From: Eledone cirrhosa
Taxonomy: Eukaryota
NCBI GenBank assembly: GCA_964016885.1
Contig: OZ024742.1
Coordinates: 190,030,001-190,094,000 of the forward strand
Direction of reading: 5' to 3'
DNA length: 64,000 bases
Part shown: positions 11,745 to 23,556 of the stretch, piece by piece
Numbering within the stretch: position 1 is the first letter of the stretch
Layout: each line of letters opens with the position of its first letter
The notes under the pieces: generated by a model
Databases searched by the model: none
What the model was told of the DNA's origin: nothing
The model's input: the letters and a program-made list of their open reading frames with translations, nothing else
Made by a program: the position numbers and the translations under genes

Positions 11745-12080
11745 AAATGCTTCTCCCTACGTACAAAAGTAAGACTGTATGTGATGTTGCATGGTAGTAA
11801 AACATGGGCTGTGACTGCAGGGAACTGTGTAGATTGGAGAGAAATGAAGCAATCATGTTCCGTTGGTTAGGACATGTGATTCGCATGGACAATGATCGTT
11901 GGGTTGAAAAGTGCCAGTGGAAGGAAGTCACAGTAGAAGTAGATCAAGATCTGACTTCAAATCAATGAAACTCACAGAGGCAAAGATAAAGGATCTGCAA
12001 TGTGTGGAGAGATGCCCTTCTGTGGACCCACTTAATCTTTCCAAGCACAGAAAAGCGGATATAAAAATGGTGATGATGAT
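11745..12080 (+). mobile_element. Degenerate RTE LINE fragment
   Basis: TKVRLYVMLHGSKTWAV; GATGATGAT tail. Confidence 0.7.
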
Positions 12081-12587
12081 GATAACAGAACAGATTTCAG
12101 TCTACTGCATTCACTCACGAAAAATTGGTCAGCAGGTTAGTCGTCACACAATGGGACTGGGCCCATAATCAATTTTTTAGTGGAACAGCTATTTTAAGGA
12201 TTTGGCATCAACCACTTCTACAATTATCTTTCCACATCTCTTACCAATGCTAATATAACTCTTTCAATACTAAGCCAACGTGGATCCCATGATATAAAAC
12301 TGATTTTATTAGTAAAAAGTCATAATTTCACATGAGCCTTTTATTTATGTTGTAAACACCAATGTAATGAAAAAGCAACATTGCTGAATCCTCTCAATCT
12401 TGATTGCTAAGTGGTTGTTGTTAGGAAAGACATCCAGCTGTAGAAACCAAGCTGAAAAGGAAACATGAGGCATGGTCACAGAATACATACAACCCATGCA
12501 AACACGGAAAATAGACTTTCGCGATTATATCTCAAGAATTGTTAGAGGTTTAGTGGAATAATCCAACTATTGAAATCTAATGCCAAG

Positions 12588-13690
12588 TCATCATCATCGC
12601 CGTTTAACGTCAATTTTTCCACGCTAGCACGGGTTAGACGCGTTATCCTGTTGTGAGCAATGCTAGGCCAGGTGATCCGGTCATGCTTATGCAGAACCGG
12701 CTTTGGCTCGATGCTCTTCCTAGGGCCAACCTCATTTAGAGGTGAGTACTGGGTGCTTTTGCCGCGTCCACTTTACAATGTGGGGTGGTGCATATTATAC
12801 GTATCCTTCATCTTCAGCCTATGCCTATGGGAAGTCGGATCTTCTGTATTACTGCAGAACGCTAGAGATCCCGGTGCTGTGTCATCGCCTTTGAGAGGTG
12901 CAATTGGGCAAGGTTAGCTTTTATCACCTCATCCCGTCTTCCTGGGTGTCCCCACTCCACTAAACAGCTATCACATGTCCATACCAGTGCAATCTCCTCT
13001 CCTGCACCTAATTCCTTTTGTGCTTACTTTCTCAGTACGCTTATGCTTTGCCGTTCACATATATTACACATCCAATCTACGCAAGTCTTCTGCAATGCCA
13101 GGGTTAGCTACCATGCAACATTGCTGTTTGTATGCAAGCATCATTCTGCCTTTCCTTTTGTAGCTAGTGGTAGTAGCTTACTCTGGCTACTATACTTTCA
13201 GAACACACACCTCTGCTGTTTATTTGGTCACCTAGGTAGCAGCTGACTACTGAGCCTTCCCAGAATTTGAGTGTTTGATTCCTGTGGTTGTCTGGCTGCC
13301 TAGTCCCAATACAACCACTACATTTCATGTACCCATAGTTTGCATTTGGGACAGAGAATGAATTTCTACTACATACCAAGCAAGGTCATTTACCTGATGG
13401 GATCAGGGTTGTTTTCTACTTATTAGGACCTGCTTCCATGTTTCGACTTTCCTCTCCAGTCACACCATAGATTCTGTTGAGTGTGAGATCATCTGCATAC
13501 AGGAGTTCCCATGGGCAGCTGGTCTTAAAAAACTCCTGTAACTGCCTCACCAGGAAGTCTGTGGTTGTTTTGCCTGGTACAAATCTAAACTGCATCACAT
13601 TTAGATTTATCTGGTCTCTTAATCAGCCGTGCTCGAACTCTTTCTGTTACTTTCATGACCAGGTCCATCAGCTTGATGCCGCTATAGTTT
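12588..13690 (-). mobile_element. Degenerate RTE LINE (RT fragments plus 3' tail)
   Basis: MQFRFVPGKTTTDFLVRQLQE..PWELLYADDL and CYLGDQI..GVCSESIVAR. Confidence 0.85.
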
Positions 13691-13694
13691 CCAC

Positions 13695-13845
13695 ATTTGG
13701 CACAAGGCCAGCAATTACCCAGTTCATTACTGGTACTTTATTTTATCGACCCCGTAAGAACGAAAGGCAAAGTTAACCTCGACGGGATTTGAACTCAGAC
13801 CGTAACTATGCTGGAAAGCATGGCGTCTGACCCTCCACCAATACT
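13695..13845 (-). mobile_element. SINE copy
   Basis: Reverse complement of the SINE body and head. Confidence 0.88.
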
Positions 13846-14080
13846 GTGCAATATCAGTAAAGGAATTGTATGAAAACTTGAACTCTAACGGTTCCCTGTA
13901 ATGATTTAGCAGAAAATGTCTAAAATTTGCAGTGAACTAAAGGAGAGTTTTCCACTTGATGCAGTCGGTTTTGTATTTTTTAAAGAATGTCTTGCCAATG
14001 AGGTTTGACAGTTTCAGGTGAGTTAATTATAAATAAACCTAAGCAGTAACATAAAAAAAAAACAATATCTTATTTAAACA

Positions 14081-14086
14081 TTTATT
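14081..14086 (-). terminator. RPL35 polyadenylation signal AATAAA
   Basis: tttatt on the plus strand, 20 nt after the stop codon; short 3'UTRs are typical of RP genes. Confidence 0.75.
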
Positions 14087-14106
14087 TGCAGCTATGAAAC
14101 ACAAAC

Positions 14107-14338
14107 TTATGCTTTGACAGCAAACTTTCTGATTTTCCACAACATACGTCTCTTAGTTTGCCTATGTGTCATCAAAGATTTCTCTTTTGGTGTCAGCTCT
14201 CTTCGCATGGCACGTGTCTTTTTTGGGCGCAGATCTTTAGGCTTGAATTTCTTGTTGCGGTAAAATTTGCGCAAATTCTCTTTCTGGGTCTGGTTGATGA
14301 CTGTCAATACTCGGGCAATCGATTTACGTACAACACGA
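14107..14338 (-). CDS. RPL35: RPL35 coding exon 4 ([16 protein letters not shown]...KFAVKA*)
   Basis: Acceptor cctttcag; corresponds to ORF 14107..14361; conserved [19 protein letters not shown] and [12 protein letters not shown]. Confidence 0.98.
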
Positions 14339-15543
14339 CTGAAAGGTGAAAAGAAATACATTTAAAAAGCAACTTTACAAAACCCAATAAGGATCATTAT
14401 CGTTTAACATATATTTTTCCATACTAGCATAGCTTAGACGAATTATCCCACTTGAGGCAAGTCATGTGTCTTGCTCATACTGAACTGTTTCTAGCTTGGT
14501 TTCTATGGCTAAATGCCCTTCTTAACACCAACCATATTTACAGTGGGTGCTTTTTGTTGCGAATACTTTGTATTTATAACCAAGCTAGTTACCTTTTCTT
14601 TTAACATATAATTATAACAAAAATGCCTTTGGGTCTGGGAATAAAGTTACACATGCCAAAAACAAAAATGACAGGCCACCTTGCAATTGCACTCGTCCTT
14701 ATAAAGCATTCCATTGGTTTTTTTATATTTCTGCCATAAAAATGTTTACAATTGTTATTCACTTTGCAGCATATTGTGTTCTTATGCAAGCTGTTTTGTG
14801 ATAAGACTATGTCCCTTAACAGGAAACCTATCAGATGCAACCTCGTAGTAGACCAGGTAAACTTGCCTAGTGTAAAGCTATAAATTTATTTCATTTACAC
14901 AGAAAAACAAATTGTCTGATCCACAGCTCTTGTGAACAATGAACAACAGAATGGTCACATATTTAAATTATAAAATGTAGTTATACCTACAATAAATATT
15001 CTCACAATTTAAAACACTAAACATTTTAAACTGTTTTTTTTTTTGCTAAATCACGACAGCATATCTGAGTTATGATTATAATGATGATGAATAAAGTCAA
15101 AATATCATCACCACCATTGTCGTTTGAACGGATCCATATAGACCAAGTCAGTACTGAAGCAGAGCCACAGAATTCCCAAGCAGACCAGGGACCTGTGTTT
15201 TTACGTACTCTCCTATGTATATTACAAGCTCATTTATTCAGACTAGTGTCCCGTTGGTTGTTATAACCACATTTCAACCAGTTTCTCCCGGACATGCTTG
15301 TATGCTATGATTTCAGAGGTAGGGACACCAGTCCATCATCACCGTTTAACGTCCATTTTCCACACTAGCAGTCCTGTTGCGGGACAAGCCAGGTTGGATG
15401 ACTGTGTCTTGCTCATACAGAACTGATTTTGGTTTGGCTTCTATGGCTGGATGCCTTTCCTAACGCTAACCACACTTACTGTATTCAATTTACAATAGAC
15501 AAGATATTCCAATGAGATATTTAAGAAACTATAATATACTTAC

Positions 15544-15605
15544 ATTTTAGATAACTTTGAAGCTTGTCCACCAGTCACTTTAGCAACTCGAAGATGAGCA
15601 AGTTC
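15544..15605 (-). CDS. RPL35: RPL35 coding exon 3 (ELAHLRVAKVTGGQASKLSK-I)
   Basis: Acceptor ttccag, donor gtaagt, 62 nt; contains the conserved LRVAKVTGG motif. Confidence 0.96.
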
Positions 15606-17088
15606 CTGGAATAATCACAAGATATCTATCAATGGTGAGATTTAATCATGTATGAAACATTAAAAAAAGCAAAGAGAAAGCATTATAACAAATATGTCAG
15701 TATGAGAGAAATGAAGTACTAGTAGAATCAATAATACTTTAGACACGGAGCCTTTCAGTATTCATTCTAGCTCTACCACATTCTCAGCTGAAAACCCAAT
15801 GTGGCCTACATGGATACCACCAGCAAAATCACTCTGATGTTAGCATGCGGTTAAGATCATAAGCAGTTGACCACAGTAATGTCAATAGCTAGCACACTTT
15901 TTTCTAGATATGCCCCTCTATGAAATCCCTGGCATTGAGGCATGCCCCAACCACCATGAGAGGCCAGAAGCGCTGGCATAGCTAGTGATAACCCACCCAT
16001 CCAGCCCTTGCTAACAAGGAAAACCATGTTAGATAACGACTTAACTGGATGAGATTTTAGACAATGCTGGCTACTTGAAAACCTACTGAAAATTCCTAAT
16101 CCTCTTTGCACCAACTTGCCTGTTTCTTTGAAACAAAACCACCCAGTTTAATTAGTTCATTGCCTCCAGAGAGTCATGGACACCACCACTCCAATCAAAA
16201 ATTTCTTTTTTAACCACTTATTCCTGGGAGAGTCAGAGGTAAAATCCTTAAACACACCTTCCAGCAGATCCTATCAGAAGCAAGACTAACCAGACTCATG
16301 GATGTTATCCAACTATCTGAGTTAAGAGTCAACCCTGGGTCTCCTGCCTGTTGGTTTTGTCCCTAAGTTTGCTCAGCGATTCCTTCCTGGGACACTCTAA
16401 CTACATGTCTGCAGTATCAAAACTGTAATTTCTCAATTTGGAGAATTAGCAGCTCTACCTCGAGCGACTCTGGCCTGTGGGCTATGCACTATCAAATAAT
16501 GTTAATCCAAAAACCCTTCGACGAACCCCATTTCGGCCACTTGTATTCCTATGATCATGACCAATGACCACAGGTTGGCTAGGAAATAGTGAGTTTGGCT
16601 TCTACACCTATTTCTGATGAGTGAATGCTGAAGCTGGCCCATTACTACGCCAGGTTATGTAATTCTTGCACTTAACTGCTGCATTCCATCACTCATAAAC
16701 ATGGTGATTAGCCAAATTAAAATGAAGAATAAATAACCCAAGTAGTATGTCAGGCGTTTGGTATTGGAAAAGCTTCTCAACAGTAGAAACTATGTAAAAA
16801 TGGAATGAGAAGACCCTTCAGCCACAACACTGGTGGCATGAAAAATGTACACAGTACCTACTGTGAGGTGTTTAAAGACAAGACATCTAGCATTAGGAAA
16901 TTCGCCAAAGAAGGAGAAGCCTTTAATTGTATCAAAGATATGACGACCTTCCTAAAGCCAAACAAGATGCAATGCCCAGCCCATCTAAGAGTTTAACGAC
17001 CCCAATAAAATGCTGATATGGTCTGTGTCCAACACTTGATAACAGGGAAAACTGAGAATAAAGTGACAATATTGTGAAAAATACTTAC

Positions 17089-17163
17089 ATTTTTAAGCTC
17101 CTTGACTTGTGTCAACAACTCCTCCTTCCTCTTGCCTCGGAGATCCTTAGCTTTCACTTTAGT
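17089..17163 (-). CDS. RPL35: RPL35 coding exon 2 (TKVKAKDLRGKRKEELLTQVKELKN)
   Basis: Acceptor gttgcag, donor gtaagt, 75 nt; matches the uL29 N-terminus. Confidence 0.95.
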
Positions 17164-19833
17164 CTGCAACAATAAAATTAAACATTTTTACTTGTAAATA
17201 AATCGCACCCCAGATATATATTGATTGCATGGAAAAGACTGCACAAAACTTTCATATAAAAAAATGTATAGAGAATGAGACAAGTGAGTTTTATGCAAAC
17301 TTAGTTATGTTCGATTATTTTATAACCTTGTGTTGTATGTCGCATTCTGTGGAAAAAAAGTGTAAGGTATTTGACTCAAGTCGAAGTAATGAGGTCAGGT
17401 CTTGAGCAAAGGACTATTTCACATGACTCTTGTCCACTCAACTGGCAAAAAATAAGTTATACCTGTAATCCAAAGGACCAGTCCTGCCACACTATCTCTT
17501 TGAGAATTTATATTATGGATACACATGCACGAGGAAAGCTAAGCAACTTGTACGAATAGGCTGTTCTGATGTTCGAATAACTGGAGCTCATCAGCAATGA
17601 GTCCAATGCAGATATAACTCACCCCAAACTCTTCTATTAAGCTCGTTATATTGAATTATAAATTTCCCAATTATGAACACAACTTAGAGACCTGTAGGCA
17701 TTTAAACTTTGCTTGTATTGTGAAAACAATCCTTTAATGTACGTTTACCAAGTAATGGTTGGGAGAGTGCATTTATCATAGCATTAGCACAAGGGAGGCA
17801 GGTTGAAGAATCCCACCTACCTTTCGTCTCATAAGTCCCTTTACAGGATGTACTGGGTCTATCTGTGGCACTAGCACTAAAAAGGCTGTGTCATTAATGA
17901 AGGGACCTCTTTATCGTACATAAAGGGGAATATGATGGTGAGGTAATCAGTAACTTCATTTGTGTTATTACAAAGCATACAATTCATTAGTGTGCCAACA
18001 CAGCAACACCACAGTCCTAATGAGCAGGTTTTTGAATGGCCACAAAATATTGTGGCAAAGCATATGTAATAACTTTGATGGTAATTGGCAGTATAAAGGT
18101 GAAGTGAAGTGCAGAGCAATTACAAATTATACTTAACACCCTGCAATGATTTAGCAGAAAATATCTAAAAACGGTTTCTTTACAAGGGGACAGATCAACT
18201 GATTACTCTAATACGTGTTCCAAGCCGTCATGAACATTCGCAATATCACAGAAATAGGTTTTAATGTGTCGTGATGCAGTCATTGTGCTGTTTAGTACTT
18301 TTCAAGAATGTCTTCCTAATATACACGACCACCCCAAAATTATTTTTAAAATGTTCTTGACACGAAATCTACACACCAAGTATTCTCAGTAAATAATCGA
18401 CCCCTTTATAATTAACGAATTTCTCAAGGGAATACATTTTCAGCCTGTAAGACCACTACACCAAAAAGTAACAATACGGTTTCACACGTAAGATTTAACA
18501 AGTTAATGTACCGTACCATAACTGCATCACGTTAAAGTTTTCACAAGGTATGCATATATACACACATATGGTCCAGTTTAAAATAGGGTATCCCTGTAAA
18601 ACATTTGCCTGAACAAATCAGCATGGAAAAGACGACGTAAAAATTGTTTTGTATAAGGGAGGCATGAGACATAACTCGGGGTGAATCGGATGTGATATTA
18701 AGATATCATTTTAAAATTCTACTGTTAACAATAACCTATAAATTCAGTTCTTTAATTACAAACAGATTAAAATTAATATTTTCTGTTTCACTCATTCCGC
18801 TTCGCGAATTTAAACAATTCGTATTTCGAAAATGTGGGAGCATCTACATAATAGGTGGACTTGCTAGAAATGACAACCAAATCCTGCCCATAGCACAGCA
18901 CAGGGATTAAATGTCGGAGATACCAATACTCTTATATTCCACACGTTAGATAGATTTGCGGCGTAGTAATTTAATTGCCGAAACGAAAAAATGCTTTTTC
19001 ACGCACACCTCACAGTTTAATATACCTATTCGAGTTGTAATTAAATTTTCGTCTTTGCAAACTGCTTCATCTAAGTATATATAGAGAGCATTCTTTAAAA
19101 AAAAGCACGTGTATTTAAAAGCAGTTAGCTTATAAGTATAAAATTAGAAATGAAACTACTATAATTTGTGTATAAGAAAGTGTATATTAGATTTAAGATG
19201 CATTTAGTAGACATTCAGCTTCAGATTTTTTATTAGAAACCTCCCTATGAAACCACAAAACAACTGAAGATGAATACAGTAGTTTATTCCGCACAGCAAT
19301 TGCCCATTTTAATTTAATGTTTAACTACACCATAAATCACTTTTACCTGTACATTTAACATCTTTCTCTATAAATGATTAACAAAACAAACACGAATCTA
19401 TATTATAGGAGTATTATATTTATAGAACCAGTAATCAGCGAAAAATCTGAAGACTCAGAGTAATATGTAATGGAGTGCATAAAATTATAGTAAATTAAAA
19501 TTGTGAAAATTATTAAACCTAAACAACTTTATATTATAACAAAAGAAAAAAAATCTAAATTTAATTGTTTTTAAGAATCTATTCATACATTATTTATTAT
19601 CATACTGATAAATTTTATTAAATGAAGATTTGATCAGAATACAACTAACGTGGTTGATACATGAAAATATTGATGTAAAAAAACTGTATAAAATATCCTT
19701 ATTTATTAGTAAAATGTAGATAAACAATATCACTGATAACGTAGGAATAGATATAACAGAAATATGTTAGTGAAATTGCAGAATTAGTATCAAGATTGAT
19801 TGAGATAATTTTTTAGAAGAAATTTTAACTTAC

Positions 19834-19836
19834 CAT
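19834..19836 (-). CDS. RPL35: RPL35 coding exon 1 (ATG only)
   Basis: Minus strand reads ...cacaaagATG|gtaagt, ~30 nt downstream of a pyrimidine-tract start. ATG-only first exons are typical of ribosomal protein genes. Confidence 0.88.
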
Positions 19837-19856
19837 CTTTGTGAAGGTCTAATCCC

Positions 19857-19866
19857 TAAAAGGAAG
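19857..19866 (-). promoter_or_regulatory. TCT initiator / 5'TOP motif of RPL35 (CTTCCTTTTA)
   Basis: C-initiated pyrimidine tract 30 nt upstream of the ATG. Confidence 0.75.
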
Positions 19867-20431
19867 TAACAATATCTGTTACTGCGAACCTAACTGTACA
19901 TCCGGTTTTAGTAACTGAAGTACTTCAAAAACATCAAATATGTTTGTATTCTAATTAATTCTAATATCGATAAATACATAAATGAGAAGTTGATTCTTCG
20001 ACAAAAAATAAAATAGTAATTTTTAAAAATTATGTCTTTGAATAATTTTTCTTAATCCTTTACCGGAACTAGTATGAGGAATGTTATATAATCTTATTTT
20101 TATATCGTATTTCCCCGTACTAAAGTTGCTATAACTCAGTAGAAAAACGTTAAAATATAAACTAACGTTTAAATATATTTATCTCAAATAAAACAAATTA
20201 ATTTAAAAAAAAATGTATAATATTAGAATTTTAAAAATATTTTTATCATTTTTTTTTTATTTTTAATCGAATTCGAAACTAAGTTATTTCAAAAGTAAGT
20301 CATTTCCGGGGCGTGGAGCAGACATAATAATATCGTAACCGGTGGATTGGCTTAATTCTACCTCGTTTTATTAACTAAATTCTCTGGAATTTTTATATAT
20401 TATATCTATATATAACTTTTTAAAAAAGACC
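19867..20431. promoter_or_regulatory. Putative bidirectional promoter of RPL35/ARPC5 (includes ARPC5 5'UTR)
   Basis: Lies between the divergent genes and is free of transposon fragments. Contains a DRE-like TATCGATA at 19965-19972, ETS-like CCGGAA at ~20064, and TTCCGG followed by GGGCGTGG at ~20304-20317. Confidence 0.65.
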
Positions 20432-20571
20432 ATGTCAAAAAACACAGGTGCCAGTCTATTTCGTAGTTTCAATGTCGATGATTATGACGAGGACAAATAC
20501 CAAGACGATCTAAAAGAAGACCAGAAAGAACAAGGACTGAATTACAGCGAAGTGGTGAATTTTCTCAACGC
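20432..20571 (+). CDS. ARPC5: ARPC5 coding exon 1
   Basis: MSKNTGASLFRSFNVDDYDEDKYQDD... resembles the ARPC5 N-terminus (MSKNT..FR..DVDEYDE). Ends in phase 2 at the U12-type donor GTATCCT. Confidence 0.93.
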
Positions 20572-20855
20572 GTATCCTCATATATAAATATGTTTGTGAG
20601 TGTGAAAACGTCTGTGTTAGTGTATTTATTTATTTATTTATTTATTTATATATATATATATATAAATAAAGAGAGAGAGAGAAAGACATGTAATGTGTTT
20701 ATGTATGTGTGTAATGTGTTAGTGTCAACCACACCTTTTTTTTCTCAGACCTAATTTCTGACTGTTTGTGGACTCTTATAATTACAAATCTTAACTTTTC
20801 TGTTGTCTTTACATACACACTCACACACAAATCGTATCTTGATTAAAGCACTAAC

Positions 20856-20898
<43 letters not shown>

Positions 20899-21074
20899 CT
20901 CCCGAATGAAACAGATATATATAGTTATAAAATATTTCTTCTTTTAAATTACTATGTTGTTAAGCCTTGTTTTACTGAAATAACAGTTTTAATTATATAA
21001 AATGACAATATAAAGTTCCGAGTTCTTTTATTAGTTATATCTCCCAATCTACCGCCACCCCGTTCATATTCCAC

Positions 21075-21628
21075 CGAAGTTGACTTTGCCTTTCATCATC
21101 ACGGGGTCGATAAAATTAAGTACCAGTAACACACGGGTCAATATAACTTATTTTCCCCTCCCTAAAAATTGCTGGCCTTGTGCTTAAAAATGTATATTAT
21201 TATAGGCTATTATTTATATTGTATCGGTAGAGGGTCGGACGCCATGCTTTCCAGCATAGTTACGTCCCTTTATGATCTGAGTTCAAATCCCGCCGAGGTT
21301 GACTTTGCCTTTCATCCTTACGGGGTCGATAAAATAAAGTACCAGTAATGCACTGGGTAATTGCTGGCCTTGTGCCTAAAGTAGAAACAATTATTTATAT
21401 TGATCGACTATTATTTTGCTCATTTGTATTGGCACGAATAGTTTTCAATCTTTATAAGGCTGTGTAACATGTTATGAAGTATCTTAACTACATTCTAAAG
21501 TTAAGTTCTCTCCGGCACATCCCGACAAGGTTAACTTTGCCTTTTATCCTTACGGGGTCGATAAAATAAAGTACCAGTAATGCACTGGGTAATTATTTAG
21601 CTTTGTGTTAAAAGTAGAAACAATTATT
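21075..21628 (+). mobile_element. Three tandem-oriented SINE copies/fragments in ARPC5 intron 1
   Basis: Central domain at ~21083, ~21303 and ~21535. Confidence 0.88.
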
Positions 21629-21925
21629 GTATTATTATACTGAACTGCTTTCATAAGAAATATCTCAACATGCATGTCACACACACACACACACACACAC
21701 ACACATTTATCTGTCAATCCGTCTGTCGGTCTCTCTCTCTCGTTCTCTTTCTATATATATATAACCCCCCCCCCCCCCCTCACTCTCAAGCGTGAAACTA
21801 ATATTAACATTTTGTACTGCCTCTTCGCTTCCTCGTTGTTGTTTTTTTGTTCCAACTATTATATATATAATATATATATAAAACCCTTTTTGTACAGCCG
21901 ACAATGTTAATCTTCACTCTTTCAC

Positions 21926-21965
<40 letters not shown>

Positions 21966-22046
21966 TCCGTATGTGGTTGGCGGGGCTGAGAGAAAAGAAT
22001 ATTCAATAGAGTTTTAATATTCATTTTATTATGGCTAAATAGTGAG

Positions 22047-22094
22047 TCTTATTACTCTGGAGTTTCGCCCGTTTATCACGGCCATCAGACAAGA
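22047..22094 (-). ncRNA. Minimal hammerhead-ribozyme-like motif (degenerate; probable Penelope-like pLTR)
   Basis: UCUUGU-CUGAUG-GCCGUGAUAAACGGGC-GAAA-CUCCAGAG-UA-AUAAGA. Stems I, II and a short stem III pair; the core lacks one A of CUGAUGA. Confidence 0.65.
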
Positions 22095-22714
22095 ACTGTG
22101 TGCATGATTACATATATACAAGCGAAAGAAAGGAGCACTAATACTTTTTTTACAATATATATATATATTTATATATAAATAGTTGAAAATGAACAAACAA
22201 AACACAGGAGGCAATATTATACAGTTATATTAGATTCACGCCTGGAAGAGATTTCGATATATATAATGTGTGTGTGTTTGTGTAAACTTAAACATTGAGG
22301 TACTTAAAGTTTAACCGGTGTGAGAAAAACCCATTTCTGTGAAACTATTTATACAAATGTACATATCACAGCATCTCTTGTCGAGTTAGAATTGGTATTC
22401 AACTGACATTAAGTTTGTGATGACACTCTTTATAAACTTTGTAGGGCTTAGTAGAGATTCTTATCACATTGGTGGACAAGTTCTGTTATAATTCCCTTAG
22501 CATATTGGATGCCTTGTTTTAAATGATAGCTGTTTTGTGTGTGACTCTTCTTAGCCACACTTATTTAACTCTCATGTTTTCAGTTGTTTGTGGGATGGGA
22601 CTCATTGACGTATGCCAAGAGTTAAAGGTCTCCAGTTTTAGTTTTGTTGCAAGTTAGTTTTGGGTTGAATTCCTTGCTCTTTTGTATCTTTCATTACTAA
22701 GCGGAATGAATAAT

Positions 22715-22748
<34 letters not shown>

Positions 22749-22755
<7 letters not shown>

Positions 22756-22890
22756 AGATTCGACCTGGTCGACCGGCCTGAGCTCAGCCGTCGGAGTCCT
22801 GAATCTTTTCATATTACCCACTCTAGTACCCCAAGTATCGAGTACTCTTGTGCGTTATGGTCCACTTTATATCTTACCACACCCTGTATA
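22749..22890 (+). mobile_element. (TA)n-associated short element, family A (other copies 59227-59447 and 62192-62300)
   Basis: Shared TACCC.AAGTA..GAGTACT..GTGCGTTAT.GTCCAC....TCTTACCACA; each copy starts with an inverted self-duplication. Confidence 0.8.
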
Positions 22891-23504
22891 TTTAACAATA
22901 TACAGGATGTTTATGAAATACAAATTATATATATCTTTGACTAAGCTGTAGTAATCAGGATGTTTGTGTGTATATATTTATATAAACATCCTGGTTACAG
23001 CAGCTTTACCAAAGAATCTGTTATTTCTTCAATAACTATTATAAAGAATTATGTATGCTTTTTTTTTTCTAGTTTTCCACGATTTCTTGACCATTTAAAC
23101 ACGTTGTCATCCACATTCATTCTTCCTCTCTTTCTCTCTCTCATTCTCTCTTCACGTTCCATCCCTGTCAAACACCTGACGTAGTGTCAACGAGACTGAC
23201 TCATTGATAGTACATTACTCAATTAGTTGACGGCGACAGCTCATTATCTAGGCAACCATCTCTCAACTACCTTTGTATATATATCATCTGCTAAAAACCT
23301 TCGGCCATTTTTTTTTCTCTCCTTTTATATAACGAGTTCAACGCCCTCCTTTTCTCATCTCATCGATTTTATCACGTATCGATTTCTGAAGTGGTTAATG
23401 ACAGTTGTGAATTTGAAACCTTAATGTGTGGATATAAGTGTATGCTATTTATCTATCATCATCATTTATCGTCCGTTTTCCAAGCTTGCAAGGATGGGTG
23501 GGTG

Positions 23505-23554
<50 letters not shown>

Positions 23555-23556
<2 letters not shown>

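Larger units (their letters stand above)
7411..11781. repeat. Inverted duplication: arm A 7411-8884, arm B 10119-11781, spacer ~1.2 kb
   Basis: The arms are collinear reverse complements with scattered mismatches, e.g. ORFs 8314..8535(+) vs 10462..10647(-) and 8057..8242(-) vs 10771..10962(+). Confidence 0.95.
14107..19866 (-). other. RPL35: 60S ribosomal protein L35 (uL29) gene, whole span; 4 coding exons, 372-nt CDS, 123 aa
   Basis: Exons 19834-19836, 17089-17163, 15544-15605 and 14107-14338 join through GT-AG introns into [73 protein letters not shown]...[18 protein letters not shown]...RKFAVKA*. Confidence 0.97.

Noticed and set aside
13890-14000. Sequence shared with 18138-18320, considered as a duplicated snoRNA
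   Set aside because: One copy lies outside the gene, no box motifs were found, and the similarity is patchy; more likely an old repeat.
17791-17842. Hammerhead ribozyme in RPL35 intron 1 (CUUAUGAGACGAAA)
   Set aside because: The core has U instead of G, there is no stem II, and stem I is out of register with a cleavage triplet.
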